Source: Balanoglossus misakiensis (lineage: Eukaryota > Animalia > Hemichordata). Taken from it: a DNA stretch of 64,000 bases. Positions 1-12,700 of this stretch are shown in pieces. The stretch covers positions 13,182,987 through 13,246,986 of the forward strand of contig CM082583.2 in assembly GCA_040954595.2 (NCBI GenBank), written 5' to 3'. The notes below the pieces were generated by a model that had not been told where the DNA came from, made no database searches, and saw nothing but the letters and a program-made list of their open reading frames with translations. The first letter of the stretch is position 1. The number at the start of each line of letters is the position of its first letter. The position numbers and the translations under genes are program-made.

Positions 1-3000
1 TTGGCCTCAATATATGCAGGAGCCTTGTCACTTAACACTGGTCGTCGTTTAGTTAGCAGTGATAAATGAAATCAAAACAAAATTAATTTGATTACAACAC
101 TGAACAGTTTGCCTTTAGGATGCTGGCCTAGATGGGCAGCAGTTACTTCGATCACCCAAGCCAAACCATCCCCCATGATTGAAGTCAGTAACGTTGCCAT
201 GACAACTGGTTATCTGTCATTTACGGATAGGAAATGCCAGTTTGGTTTTCTCATATGTGCGGATCTTCTTGAGGCTCTCTGCGAATTAAGTTGATTTTTC
301 TTTTCTGCCAGTTAGATTTCTTTCCATTACAGTGAAGCCGTGTGTCTGCCACGGAACAAATACTTACACTGGGAATGTTTGTTCGCAGAAATTAAATTTT
401 GGACTTAACCTTCTGAACTTTTATGAGATCATGATTTAAAATCTGTTTTAAGGGCTCCACCTGGGCAGTTGTGTCATTGTTCAGAGGAAATATTATGGTA
501 ATCTCTTACAAGTTGTATTTCTGATTATTTTAGAGTACTAAATTTTGATGCGATTTTAGACAGACCAATCAGAAGGATCTGTAGCAATCATGGGATCTAT
601 TTTGACCAATAGCAGACAATTCTTTATAGGTACAGGGCAGATTCCTGTATGTCAGTATGGCCTAGTACGATCGGATCCTAACCACTGGAGTTGTGATTTT
701 CCAACAACCATACACAATTACGTCAAGTCACGCTACACAAACCCCATTATGACTTTGGCTAGAAGCATTATCTCCAGGCTTCCTTCTAATGTTCTGAAAA
801 CCATCACAGATGTATATTAAAATCATTAATCTCCCAAACTCATCATTTTTTTTCCCTCGGAGGGCAAAATATATAAAACTGAATCCGCTGTGGCATCAAC
901 TCAACAAACGTGAGCGTAATTGGATTTTGTTTCGGAAACTGCACAATTTGTAATAAACTATGGCAATTCCTAAAAAGTAATGCGCAAAACCCCAGAATGG
1001 GAACAGAAATGAAGTGAAGGCAAAGACGAAGCATAATCTACCATGGCTGATCTGAATCAGATTGGGACTGTGACATACGTTTATTGTGGACTGAATTTTT
1101 AGCTTTCAACAGTTGTGACTGCATGAGTCGTTCCAAGGCATGACTCAAACACAGGTCATGTGAATGTTTGCAAAGTTAAGAGGTCATCATCCCTCTTTCA
1201 CTGAGAAACAAGATTCAGATTTTTGAAATTTCACCTGTTGTCTACACACTGTCCAGCATTGCCTTGATTGTACACAGGTGTGGTCTTATAGATGAGATGA
1301 CAGTGCCACAATAAATCACTGGAAACCAGATCAGCCGGGAGTTGTGATTTCATTTTGGCAATGTCAAGATTACTTTGTTTCATCGCAGGTCTGGGAGTAA
1401 TACCGACAAAAGTGGCAATCAGTATAAATATGAAAATTCCAACTGGGAACGTTGAACGCTGTAAACCCTTCAGGCTCATTTGCTTTGTCAGCTCTTATCA
1501 GAGCATGGTCGGGTTGAAGAAACTACTAAAAGGGCTAACACAGCCGCTTTTAATAGACTTTCCTGACATGGAGATTGCTTATTCCGCATTCATATTAACT
1601 TTGTAATTTCCTTCGTAATACGGGTGATGCATCTAAAAAGACAGATGTTTAACGTGAAGACATCCTTCTGTGTGACAGAAAAAAGACATAGTAGAGCATA
1701 TGAAAACAGGAATCGAACGACGGATTGCTTTGCTTATGAATTATGCAGAGTCAAAGTAATTTCTGTGCTACTGGTTGATGTAACAATATAATGCAGTACT
1801 GCAGCATTTCTTGAAAATTATTCTCTCGTGGCAAAAAGCTGAATTGTTGATGTTCTAGCATAGGAGCAACCCACTGGTAGACGTTAAACACCTTGAAGGC
1901 TTTTCAGTGTCAAAGTAATGTCATAAATGTAGTAAAGAATATCATTTTTTAAAACACTCATTTTTCTGAAAATATGTCCCTGAGGAAAATTACTGCAGTC
2001 ACTAAGCACCCAACCGTAAATGACAAACCTTGAATGGAGAGAATTTTTTTTTACCTGTTAGGCATCTCAGGCATTGTTTTGCTTTGTGTCAGTGGTGGAT
2101 TGAACAGTTGTACCCCCCTCTAGGGGATATGTCCATGTAATACAAGAACTGTATTTTACCAACTATTCATTTTAAAAGTAATTTTCAGAGAGAGAATTGA
2201 AACTTCCCAAGCAGACACTTTATGGAAATTTGATCGGTGTACGTGCAGAACCCTGGTGTTCGTGTTTTGTAATATTCCATTCATCTTATTCATGTATTCA
2301 CATGGTGGAACGCAGCATAGACTTCCAAATTCCCTGGTTGCCTTTATTCAGTCTTCTGTGAATTCCATGCTCGAGTTTTCCAGAATTTTGTATTCCGGGT
2401 GTATCCCATGCTGATGATGGAAATTTCCATCTATAAAGGCAGTGAGATGAAAAAATGTATTATTCAAAAAGAGTAAAAGTATGAAGATCTTCTGGAGTTT
2501 ATTGGTTGTGATGAGTTACAGTGGATGAGAAATCTTAATCTCATTTTTCTTTTCATCTTTGATACTTATCATTATGGTGGTGCCTACATTTAACAGGGAG
2601 AGGGAAATGTTTCTGAGCATGGGGAAAATTCTAAAATTATCAGCAGTGTATAGAATTGTTGAATGTAGTCAGTAAAATTGCTATATCTTTTGTATGTCTG
2701 CAGTAGAGTTTGTGAATTGATCCACCCATCTAAAGCTTTGACAAAGTGTGTAAATACCACTAAAGTAGGCGAGCAAATAACTGTGACAAAATTTGACACC
2801 CTTCTATTTTCAAAAGAACAGTCTAAATTTACAAGCTGATCAGCATGCTAAAACTGATTATACACGCCTAATTTAATCTTCAGCAATGCCTAGTAAAGTT
2901 GAAAATTTCTCGAGAAGGCTGAGTTTCGCCGTCGGGCAAATCAGACTAATGGGTGAAAAATAAAACTAATGGCAAAGTTCTTTTCCTGAATTATAAGTCC

Positions 3001-6000
3001 ATATTTGAACAAACACGCCTGCTTTGCAAAGTGGATAGGAATTGTGTACACAGTGAGACCCTGGTTCAAATTGTCTGATATTCCTTTTCCATTACTGCTG
3101 TGATATGTTTCTCTGGAAGTAATGCCGCATTGGGCCTGATAACAGCTAATGCATCTCAGAATGTCAAATTAGTGTGCCTTTGATTCAGGGTGGTGTTTGT
3201 CTTGATTTTCATCTGCCACAAAGCAAATTGTGGAGGTTTGATAACATGACAGGTGTCTGTATTTGTGGCCAGTGATCTCAGCCCAGGGTGGTAGTCAGGC
3301 AACTTATGTGTACAGAAACTTTGACGGGTGTCAAAAACTTAGGAGTCCAACATTGGATGTATAAAGAGAAAACAGAAGCCGTGGGCTTATAAATGTGTTC
3401 GTGTGTTTTGTGAAGGGCTCTCAATCCTTCACCTGTTAAAGTCTCAGAAACTTGTCTCCTTGAGAAGAAGTATGGCACATTAAGATCTGCAAATGGTGAG
3501 ATCACTTGTGGTATAAATATAACACTGTAAATGGATTGCTTGAAGAGCCTTGTGGGGGAGGAGGGTTATGGATTAATATGTTTTAATTAATGCATCATTT
3601 GCCAACACTTTGGCTAGGGGAAATATGACATAAATTTAATGTGATCTGTTCACCAAACACAGTGTTCACTCGTTTCAGAACACTGCCTCACATTGCATCA
3701 GATGTGTATGTTTTCACCCTCATGTCTCTTTCCAATGTAACATTGTATAAAGCAGTGACTAAGATGTAAATTATTATTACAACTGTGTACCAGGTAGATA
3801 TCATCATGTGGACATACATGTACATTTATATGGATATTGATGCTTTGTATGAAACCCAACTGTTCAAAGCAGTATGCAATCACTGTTGTTATCAGATTTA
3901 CTCCCATGTCCATAATTTCATAAAAAACGAACCAAATTAAACGATTCTATAGCAGCTGCTTGTTACGTTTTTATTGTGTTTCCTGACCATGTGTACCGGT
4001 ATATGAAGTTTCATCTGATGAAAGCATCTTTTGACGCAACATAGAGACTTGATTAGTGTGAATTGTGTTCAGCACGTAAAGAGTTCAGTGGGACTTTTCA
4101 TGGAAGCTGTAAGCCACGACATTGTCATCAAAGAATCAATCCAGAACGACTTGCCAGAATTGCATTGAGAGCATTCAGCAACTTTGAAATCAAGCTAACC
4201 TGTGTGTCTTACACTGAAAATCACAATAGTCATAATCTAGCCCTGAGTTTGTAAATGTGACTAGTTGAATTTAGTAGAAATTTTGACTTCATTTACAATT
4301 GATGAGACGGAACTTTCTGTAAGATATTGCGTGCCGTAACCTTTTTTTATCTAGGGCTCTGAAAATGATACCCTTTCTTTGATGTGCGTCTGATGAAGCT
4401 GCGTACAATCAGATGATTAATGGCGGCAGATTATCTGAAAGCCATTATCCTGTGCACAGTAGAACAAGCTTCGGGGGATTGGAGGTTTTGACATTTTCCT
4501 GAAAGGGCTGTGACTTGCAGAGGAAATGAAGATGAAGACAAGGACTTGGAAATGTTTCTCGTTCTTTGGTGATCCTTGCATTCTGATTGGTCCACTACGC
4601 ATTCATTTATCATCCTCAGTACCGGAGAACTGAATTGTCAGAAAGCTGTGTTTTATGGACACAGTCGTTTGTTTTATAGTTAATGCTCAAAACGACAAGT
4701 CAGGTGTCTTTATTGTCTGAGAGGCCACATGGCCAGATGGGGTGTTTGTTAGAAGGAACCTTACAAATCTTGACATCAATATATACAAGTTCATCATGAA
4801 TTTTGGCAGTAAAAATCAATGTTTTTGGTGAATAAAGTTGGGATTATTTGAAAAATTAATTTAACAATACAAGTGTATCACTTCAGATGAAAATTTTCAC
4901 AGAAAAAAAACTTTCAACTTGTGTGTTGATTATCTTTCAACATGTGTGTTTATTATCTGCAGACATCAAGCTGTCTGGTTTTTGTTATTCTCTGGATATT
5001 TGATACCATGATTTTGATGCTTAAACTTAATCCCTGTATTATCAACAGGTGGGAAAACTCTCAGACTGAAAGTATGAAGTTCTCCAGACTTCTCTCAAGA
5101 AGTGCTTTGAAGGTTAAACCGATTATTTTCAGGGTTAGTCCGGGGTAGCCTCAAAGAGATCATGAAAATCATTCATTGTTGAAATGAAAGAGACATTAGG
5201 GGGAATGCGGTTGGTGGTGAATCACAAGCCGCAGTTTGTGAAATATGCCACAGAGGTGAAGTTCATTAGCGGTAAAGTCCCAATAGCGAGGCTATGTCAT
5301 TGATGGTAACATTGATAGATTGGTTCTTGCATCGTGTCGCGCATACCTGATCAGATCAGCGATAGCGAAGTACACGTAGCGGTCAGCTTAGGAAATGAAG
5401 ACAGCAAAGAGTGCTGAATCAGCCTTCTGTATCACATTCACTCTTGTTGTATACATACTAATCACTTTCTAGTACTGACACTTCACACTTCTGTATTCTT
5501 AACAATATCTTGTCCAATAATCAGTTTAGCACTTCCATTGCATCTTTGATTATGGAAGGGATCTTAACCGCACTTCTCTGCGGTTGTTCATATAGCGTTT
5601 TACAAAATCCCTCAGTGACACCGAGAACAAGGGGCTTAACTTGAGTTGATTTCACTAACGCTGTTTACAGAATGTATTCATGAACACTCTATTTTACCAT
5701 TTTAAATCTGTAAAATCAGACATCTGAATTCAGTCGTCATTTTCTATCTTGTATCTCAAAGTCTCTAGGTAAATCTTACAGTAAGGGTATTGATTTTACA
5801 GCTCAAAGTCTGGTTCTTAAAAGATTACAGGTTGCTCGACTCACAAATTTTTTGTCAATTCCTGTCTGAATTGTTACGGCATAAAGTGAAAAAGTCAAAA
5901 ATGATGAACATGTTGTGACAAGTACATAGGTGTATGTGACATGCCCTTATCAAGAAGTGCAGCCATCACCATCAACTCATCATCTCCGGATGTTATTAAA

Positions 6001-9000
6001 TCCATTCATTATTCTCATTAATCTCATTCTTCATGCAAAGAATCTCGTCCGTTTCCTCATCGTATAAATTTATCTTGTCTGAAATTTACTCTAAACCATG
6101 TTTACCAAGGGCTCATCAATTTTCCAAATGCACTGTCATCCCAGATGCAAGATCCATCAGGACAGGCCGTATCATGGGAACGGATTATAAAACTTTAAAC
6201 TTATTGATTGCAGCTAAGAAAACATCCATCTCATCTGCTCCTTAGCAACAGCTGCTCGGTGGAAAGCAGCAAGAAGGAAGTTTTCAATAAATCATTCTCG
6301 TCCCAGATACCTGTGTTAAGAGCTAATTTCCATCAGTAAATGAGCTTAAAACAGCTCTCTGGCCTTATATGACTTTCTATTTCTGTCGAAGGTTGTTGCA
6401 ATTAATATTATATTGCAAGCAGAGCAAATGTATGTGTTTAATATGAGAGCTTGCCCGACCCTATAATATCCTTGGGTGCATACATTGTAGTATGGGTTAC
6501 TGCATTAGGTATGTCTTGATATTGATGTTATAAAATTCCACATATAGGTTTTTGACATAAAAACAGGTATGATTGTTTTTTGTGACATGTGTGAGATTGT
6601 CAGGAAAGGAAATTGGAAACTAAGAGTTTTGTGTCTTGAGAGTTCAAGGTCCATGTACATGCCATGCATCTGGCTGTCACCTGTGGCCTCTTGATCGACA
6701 TCTTTTCCAGTACAAAGAGGTCCGAGAGTTACACCCACTGTAAACCCCACACCAAGATGTGCTTGCGGACAACTGAGGACAAACCCCTCTGCTTCAGAGA
6801 TTCATGTGATCGATGTTGTTCTTGGCAATCAATTTTGACAATTTGTCAGTCGGTGTTGTTTTTCAATCAGCATCATCCCAGAGGAGGGTAATCTCGCAGG
6901 AGTGCGTTGCTACATAGCAAACAGCTGCACACACTGCGATGTAGGTGTTAATGTTGAAAAAAGGCACTGTTGATGCATTCAGGTGAACTTAAGCATTCGT
7001 CGGGAAATTTAGTGGACATTATTTATTTGCAGCTATGTCTAGAAAGAAAAAGGGGCTGTAGAGGTCTGATTTTGAAATGATGTGATTCATCTAAAAGGAT
7101 GAGTAAGTGAGTTACATGGATGGGTTTTATGGCACAGGGAATAAACTACATAAGCAGTCCTTGATGGATGTTAGTATCTGCCTGTGTCATCCTTCCTCAG
7201 TTATCAACTACTTTCTTCACTAGTGCATGCTGGGTAATGCTACAATAAATATTTGTGATGGACTATCTTTACGTGACACAGCCTTCATCTGCTATCCGGG
7301 GAGATGTGTTTGAACATTTTCTTTTCTTTTTCCTCCTGCCATATTTAGAGGCTAATTTGCGCTGAGAGAGTACACATGGCACTTTTATTGATGCCCATAT
7401 CGATACATATATGCGCTACCAATATGTTGCCGTGGTAATCACTGAATCAGTGAATGAAGCTGAAGATGCAATTTAGGAAGGGAAGTAAAATGGAGTGAGT
7501 TATGATAGTCATTTAGTATTCTAGAGACATTATTAAGAGCTACAGAATTTAAACCGAAATACCTTACCCACATACACTGAGTAAGTCTGACTCAATTTTG
7601 TGACCATGACAACTAGTATCATACACAGAGACAGATTGTGCGCTGTACGGTATATAAAAAAGTGCATCTAAAATACTCAAGTGAGTTTGAGCAAGATCAG
7701 TGTTCGGGTTTCAAAGGAAAATCAATCCATGATGAGCAGTTTTGCCGCAATTTCAGTAACATTGTAAATGCATCAGGTGGACATGTGACTGTTATCAATG
7801 TGAGAATGTATGCAACCAATTAGCGATCTTCCAGTGGTTAAAACTCGTTATGGTTGGGGTATTGGGACGTTGGTTTACATCATCATGCACAGCCTGCGGC
7901 TTGCAGCAAGAAACATGATGTTATCTGTATCTCGCGACTAGGCTAATGATGTCCGCTGATGTATGTCATTGAAATGCTTGGTTATTTATATGTTTGCTTT
8001 ATCACGAAGCAGTGCTAATATTATAGTTTCACGGTGTCAAAGTACTCAGAACAAATACAATTACAAAGTTCAAGACTAATAGTAATTCATTTGTCACTGC
8101 CAAGTTGAAGTTTGCGGCAAATACTGCCTTGGTGCGGTGCATTCTGGAACTGAAACTGACTGGTTTGATAAATTGGCCAAGCACTTTGAAATGTGGATTG
8201 ATTCAGCACATGATTGGTGAATACGTTTTGTTAGTTTTCATTCTCCCCCAGCATGAGAACTTGACAGAAAGCAAACTTGCCAGGCGGTAATTGAAACATA
8301 AGTGTGTGGTTGCCAGGAACTATGTTTGATATTGAAATAGGGATCGTCTCGTAGGAAGTTTCAAGTTGTTGAAATCGACATGTTACTGAAATGCTCAGTA
8401 AATTATGATTTTGCAATAAAATCTGCTGTGTGCAGAGCATATAAGTATGAGTAAGAGTTCAGGGATCTGTCACTTTCTAACAAGACTAACATAAAAATCT
8501 GCATTTCTGTTAAACCTATGACAAACTCTTGAGAAGAATCCTGGTTGTGTCATACATTTCTTGGAATAATTTCGGGCCGTAATAAAAATACACATAGTTA
8601 GTCATTGCAAATTAAATGACCAGATTTATCAAAGTCATTTGGAGTTTAGTAAGTGACTAACTTGCATTATGCAATATTACAAAAGGATATTGGGTTTCAT
8701 GTGAGTGAAGCAAAATGAAAATAATAATTTCATATTAATAGTGGCGTGTTTCTGGGTTTTATAGATATTGCACACTCAGTGTAGTTCGGTGCAATATTAG
8801 TCATTTTATTAGAGTGAATTCTGGTTTATTTGTCTGTCAGAGTCAATATATGTACACATTAACATTTATAGTATTTTAGTGGAAACACAAAGGTGGGTAT
8901 AGTTTGTAGTGGTCACCCCTGAAGCAAATTGAATAGCAAGTTACCATAATTATATGTGCTGGGGGGTCAGCTGTTATGACATACACCCCTGTTTAGGTCT

Positions 9001-9061
9001 ATATTTGACTGAAATATTGTGACGTTTATAATACAATGTATGACAGTTTCATTAAAAAGCA

Positions 9062-9089
9062 CCTTTTCTCTTTTTTATTGCAGGTAAGA
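9062..9089 (+). promoter_or_regulatory. Candidate recursive splice site (3' acceptor directly abutting a 5' donor)
   Basis: ccttttctcttttttattgCAG|GTAAGA: long pyrimidine tract, CAG at 9081-9083, then GTAAGA at 9084-9089, on the CSPG4 sense strand inside the inferred long intron. Confidence 0.5.
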
Positions 9090-9604
9090 TTGGAAAGTTT
9101 ATTATCCTTGAGTAGAAAAGTGAAATATTGTTGTGCAAGTGTGTATGGGCAAGACCAAAGGAAGACAGCTGATTTTCTTGGCAAAACTGAACAAGAAGAC
9201 TGCCTAATGGAAGACATGGAAGAGTTTTGCCTGTTCATCTCCTTTGTTGTTAATGCAATGCAATATTTGATGAATTATTGATAGATTATACAATATGTGG
9301 TCAAGAGATGTTTCATATGACAATTTGGGAGAAATTGTTGCCACTTTGCATGCTATTTGAATCATCAGGGCATGTGGAGGAAACCACTTCAAAGGTGTAA
9401 TATGTCTGCTGCAAGTGAAAATTCATATCTCCTTCAAGTCCATTAGCAGATATAAGAGTTACTTTGTGTGTGAAATGAAATATTTCAAGTGGTATGATGT
9501 CAGAAGTGTGACACTTTCAGATGAATAATGAAGTATAGACAGGATAGTCTGCTGTGGAATCTATTCAGTGACTGCATCCATATGCACTAAACCATTCTGG
9601 TGTA

Positions 9605-9762
9605 CAGTAAAACCTGTCTCAACTGAACCCTGTCTAATCTGGAAACCTGTCTATGTCTTTTGACATAGAACCACATGTTAAAAGAACCTCTATAAACCGG
9701 ACACCTGCAAACCGAAAACATTCTTCAGTCCCTTTGGTGTTCGGTTTAGACAGGTTGTACTA
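9605..9762. mobile_element. Non-autonomous MITE, Tc1/mariner/pogo-type termini, copy 1
   Basis: TA followed by CAGTAAAACCTGTCT at the left end, AGACAGGTTGTACT at the right end (imperfect TIR), internal subrepeats of AACC(C)TGTCT. A related copy lies inverted at 43466-43638. Confidence 0.75.
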
Positions 9763-12700
9763 AATTAAATGAGTTAATGCTATGAACAGTCATGACCTGA
9801 GCAAAATCTTTCATGGCTGATCCACATAGTTGTGACAGGTGTTTCATAGTCAAAATCATGGAAAGTTGTCATTCGCGTGAGAGCGATCAATGCGTGTCAC
9901 CTCTTGTGGTAATAAAGTTAGAAATTCATAAATCATATCAAATTTGCTCACAATCACTCTGTGTTGCCATAGATACAGGCGAAAAACGGAAGACGTATGG
10001 AACCTCGTAAAGTGGTTAATTTTGTATCGGGTGGGATTGTGATGTAGTAAGAATTTATGTCTGCAAAATACAGCCAGGTTTGAGTGTTAAATTGTACGGC
10101 AAAGTGGTGGTTTAATGGTTTTTATGTTGCCAAGGGGACAAGTGAAAGGCTGCAAATTAGTTGACATTTGCATGTAGCTGTTGTAATTCAAAAGATTAAA
10201 CAAGAAAGCAAAATTTTGACACTTTCATTGCCCTACATGCAGAAATTGCAGACCAGCTTTTATGTCTCACGGCTGTAAAAATGCAGTTCAAACAATACTG
10301 CCCACATCAGTGTTCAATTTGCTTGACTTCAGTGATATGTAATGAGGTCAAGACCCTTGTTGTAAAAATAATGGGATTGGAAAAAAGAAGTAACATTCAT
10401 TGTAAACTGTGCCGAGATTGAAATTAAGAAGCCTGTGCAAGTGTTTGCCCATCAAATGTATTTGAAGTCCTAGCACCTGTAATGATAGGCTGACACAGTC
10501 TTGTAGTCGTACGTCATGATGACATTATAATGCTGGTGTTGTCAGGTTGTGACTGTGCTTTCATTAGCCTAAATTGGAAATGTCTGTCTGCGAGATTTTC
10601 TAGTTGACAAAACATGACAGAAAGGATTTAAAGAGAGCTGAGATGGGCTGAGAAAAGAAGGGAAAAAAAGAGCTTGTGGGCAGGATTATATCTACCCTAT
10701 TAGTGAATGATTCCAACTTCCCTGGAGACACACAATGTATTATTACCAAATCATGGCCTTCTCACTTTTCATCCTCTGTCGTTGCAGAGTTTTAAGTTTC
10801 ACAATGATGTTGAGGGAAAAAGGACCGATGTCTCTCCTCTCAGACAGAAAAGATTGAGCAAAGGTCTAGACAGGTGATGATCAATGTTAAGATGACAGTG
10901 AGTAGTTAAGTTAGAGACTTGACCTCTCTCATGAAGATGTCACAAAATTTACATCAGGAAACAGAAACATAATGTTTGAATAGTTGTAAAAATGATGCAA
11001 AAGTAAAAGAAAATGTGACTGAATGGTGAGATTTGCTAGACGTGACAGGGCAACATACTTTTAGCTGGTCAGCCATGGAGAAACGATAGATATCTGTCCA
11101 TGTGTGCGTGATTCTCTGGGGATGGATGGCTGAAGTGTTGCGGTCATTACTGTCAATGCTTATTGGATGCCGTGACTGTCTGGAAAATATGCATATTAGC
11201 AGAGCAGCGTGTGTTGATGAAGACAGTTGTGACAAGTGTGTCTGATGGTGTTGTCAAGGAAACGGAGAAGAGGAAATGTCTGCCGGTCATGTTGAGTGTA
11301 CCTATTGTTGAAAATTTCATTTTGAAGTCAAGAGACTTACGTGTACAGGGTTTAATAGTTGAACTGACTGGATTTGGATTTGTAAGCTGATGATGAAAGT
11401 CGATATGATCATATTTGCCAGTGGTTCAAAAATTCAAATTCTCATGTGATTCTGGTAATTCAACAGGTTGTTTTGAGAAGCGTAGAAAACACTGGACACG
11501 TCATGCTTTTGTTTTGCTCTGGGAAAATCCATTGAATGATCGTAAAAGTTTGATGTTTTCCCCTTTCCCCTGAAATACACCAGTGTTTCAGTTTGGTCAA
11601 ATACTGGTTTTTGATTTGTTCAGCTATTTGCATAAAAATCAAAATATCAGATAATTTTCACTCAGTATTTTCAGATCGGAGCATTGACGGTAGAAAAATT
11701 TCCACAAAGGTGTGGCCAAGAATAATTTGGCTGATACTCCGTATGATTGGATGATAGGTCAGATGTATTCTGTGCTATATGAAACAAAGAATTAGATTGG
11801 TTCTCAATCACCTGTGAAGTGGCAACAGTTTTATTCTTAATAAATGGCAAAGTGTTTAAAAATCTTTAACTACACTAATTCTTCACCTGTCATGCTCATT
11901 TACACAGCAGACTTGCAGGCGTCAGGCTAGTTGTTACAGTCTAACCTCGGTGTACGTCTTGATAGGTTGATATATCACACCGTAGCCTTGTTGATGTATT
12001 TATCGATCAAAATCATTACTTTCTGGGCAGAACCATTGCTTGCCTATCACACCTGTGTATAAATTCTCGTCGCCTGATCGCCCGAGGAAATACCTTGGAC
12101 GAGCCATCAGTCACTTTTGAAGCTCTCAGTTTTCATTTTCGATATAGTTGCCTAACACCTTATATATTGGAGTTAACATACATAGCTTTTGGTAACATTT
12201 ATCGAGAGAAAAAAACATCGAAAAAAGGGTCAGAAAATAAAGCTGTTTTCAGACAGATATTTTAGAGAATGTTGACTTCTTAAATGCTCTGTGAGACTAT
12301 TCCACCATCATTATGGTGTATATAAAATTACCAATAATGGTCATGGTACATTTGAAATCAGAGGATGGAACCACAATTAGTCTAGATGATAGTGAACGCT
12401 GAGAATGACGCAAGCAAACATAACCGTGGGCCATTATTTCTGTTAATAACATGAAAAATGCTTAAGATTATGCCAGCTTTCCAGAGAGTTGCATGAAGCA
12501 TAATCAAGTGTATTTGTTTTTAATCACTTTCAGTGTCATTAACGATCAATTATTTTCTTTCACAATAACCGAATAGACAGTTGAATTTGTAGAGAGTTCC
12601 TGTGCCGGATAAATGTTTGCTTTAATGGTCAAATGTGCTTCTGAAGATTTTTTTTCTCAGACAGTCCTAGAGCTGCATTTACAATGTCGATCAATTTTGC

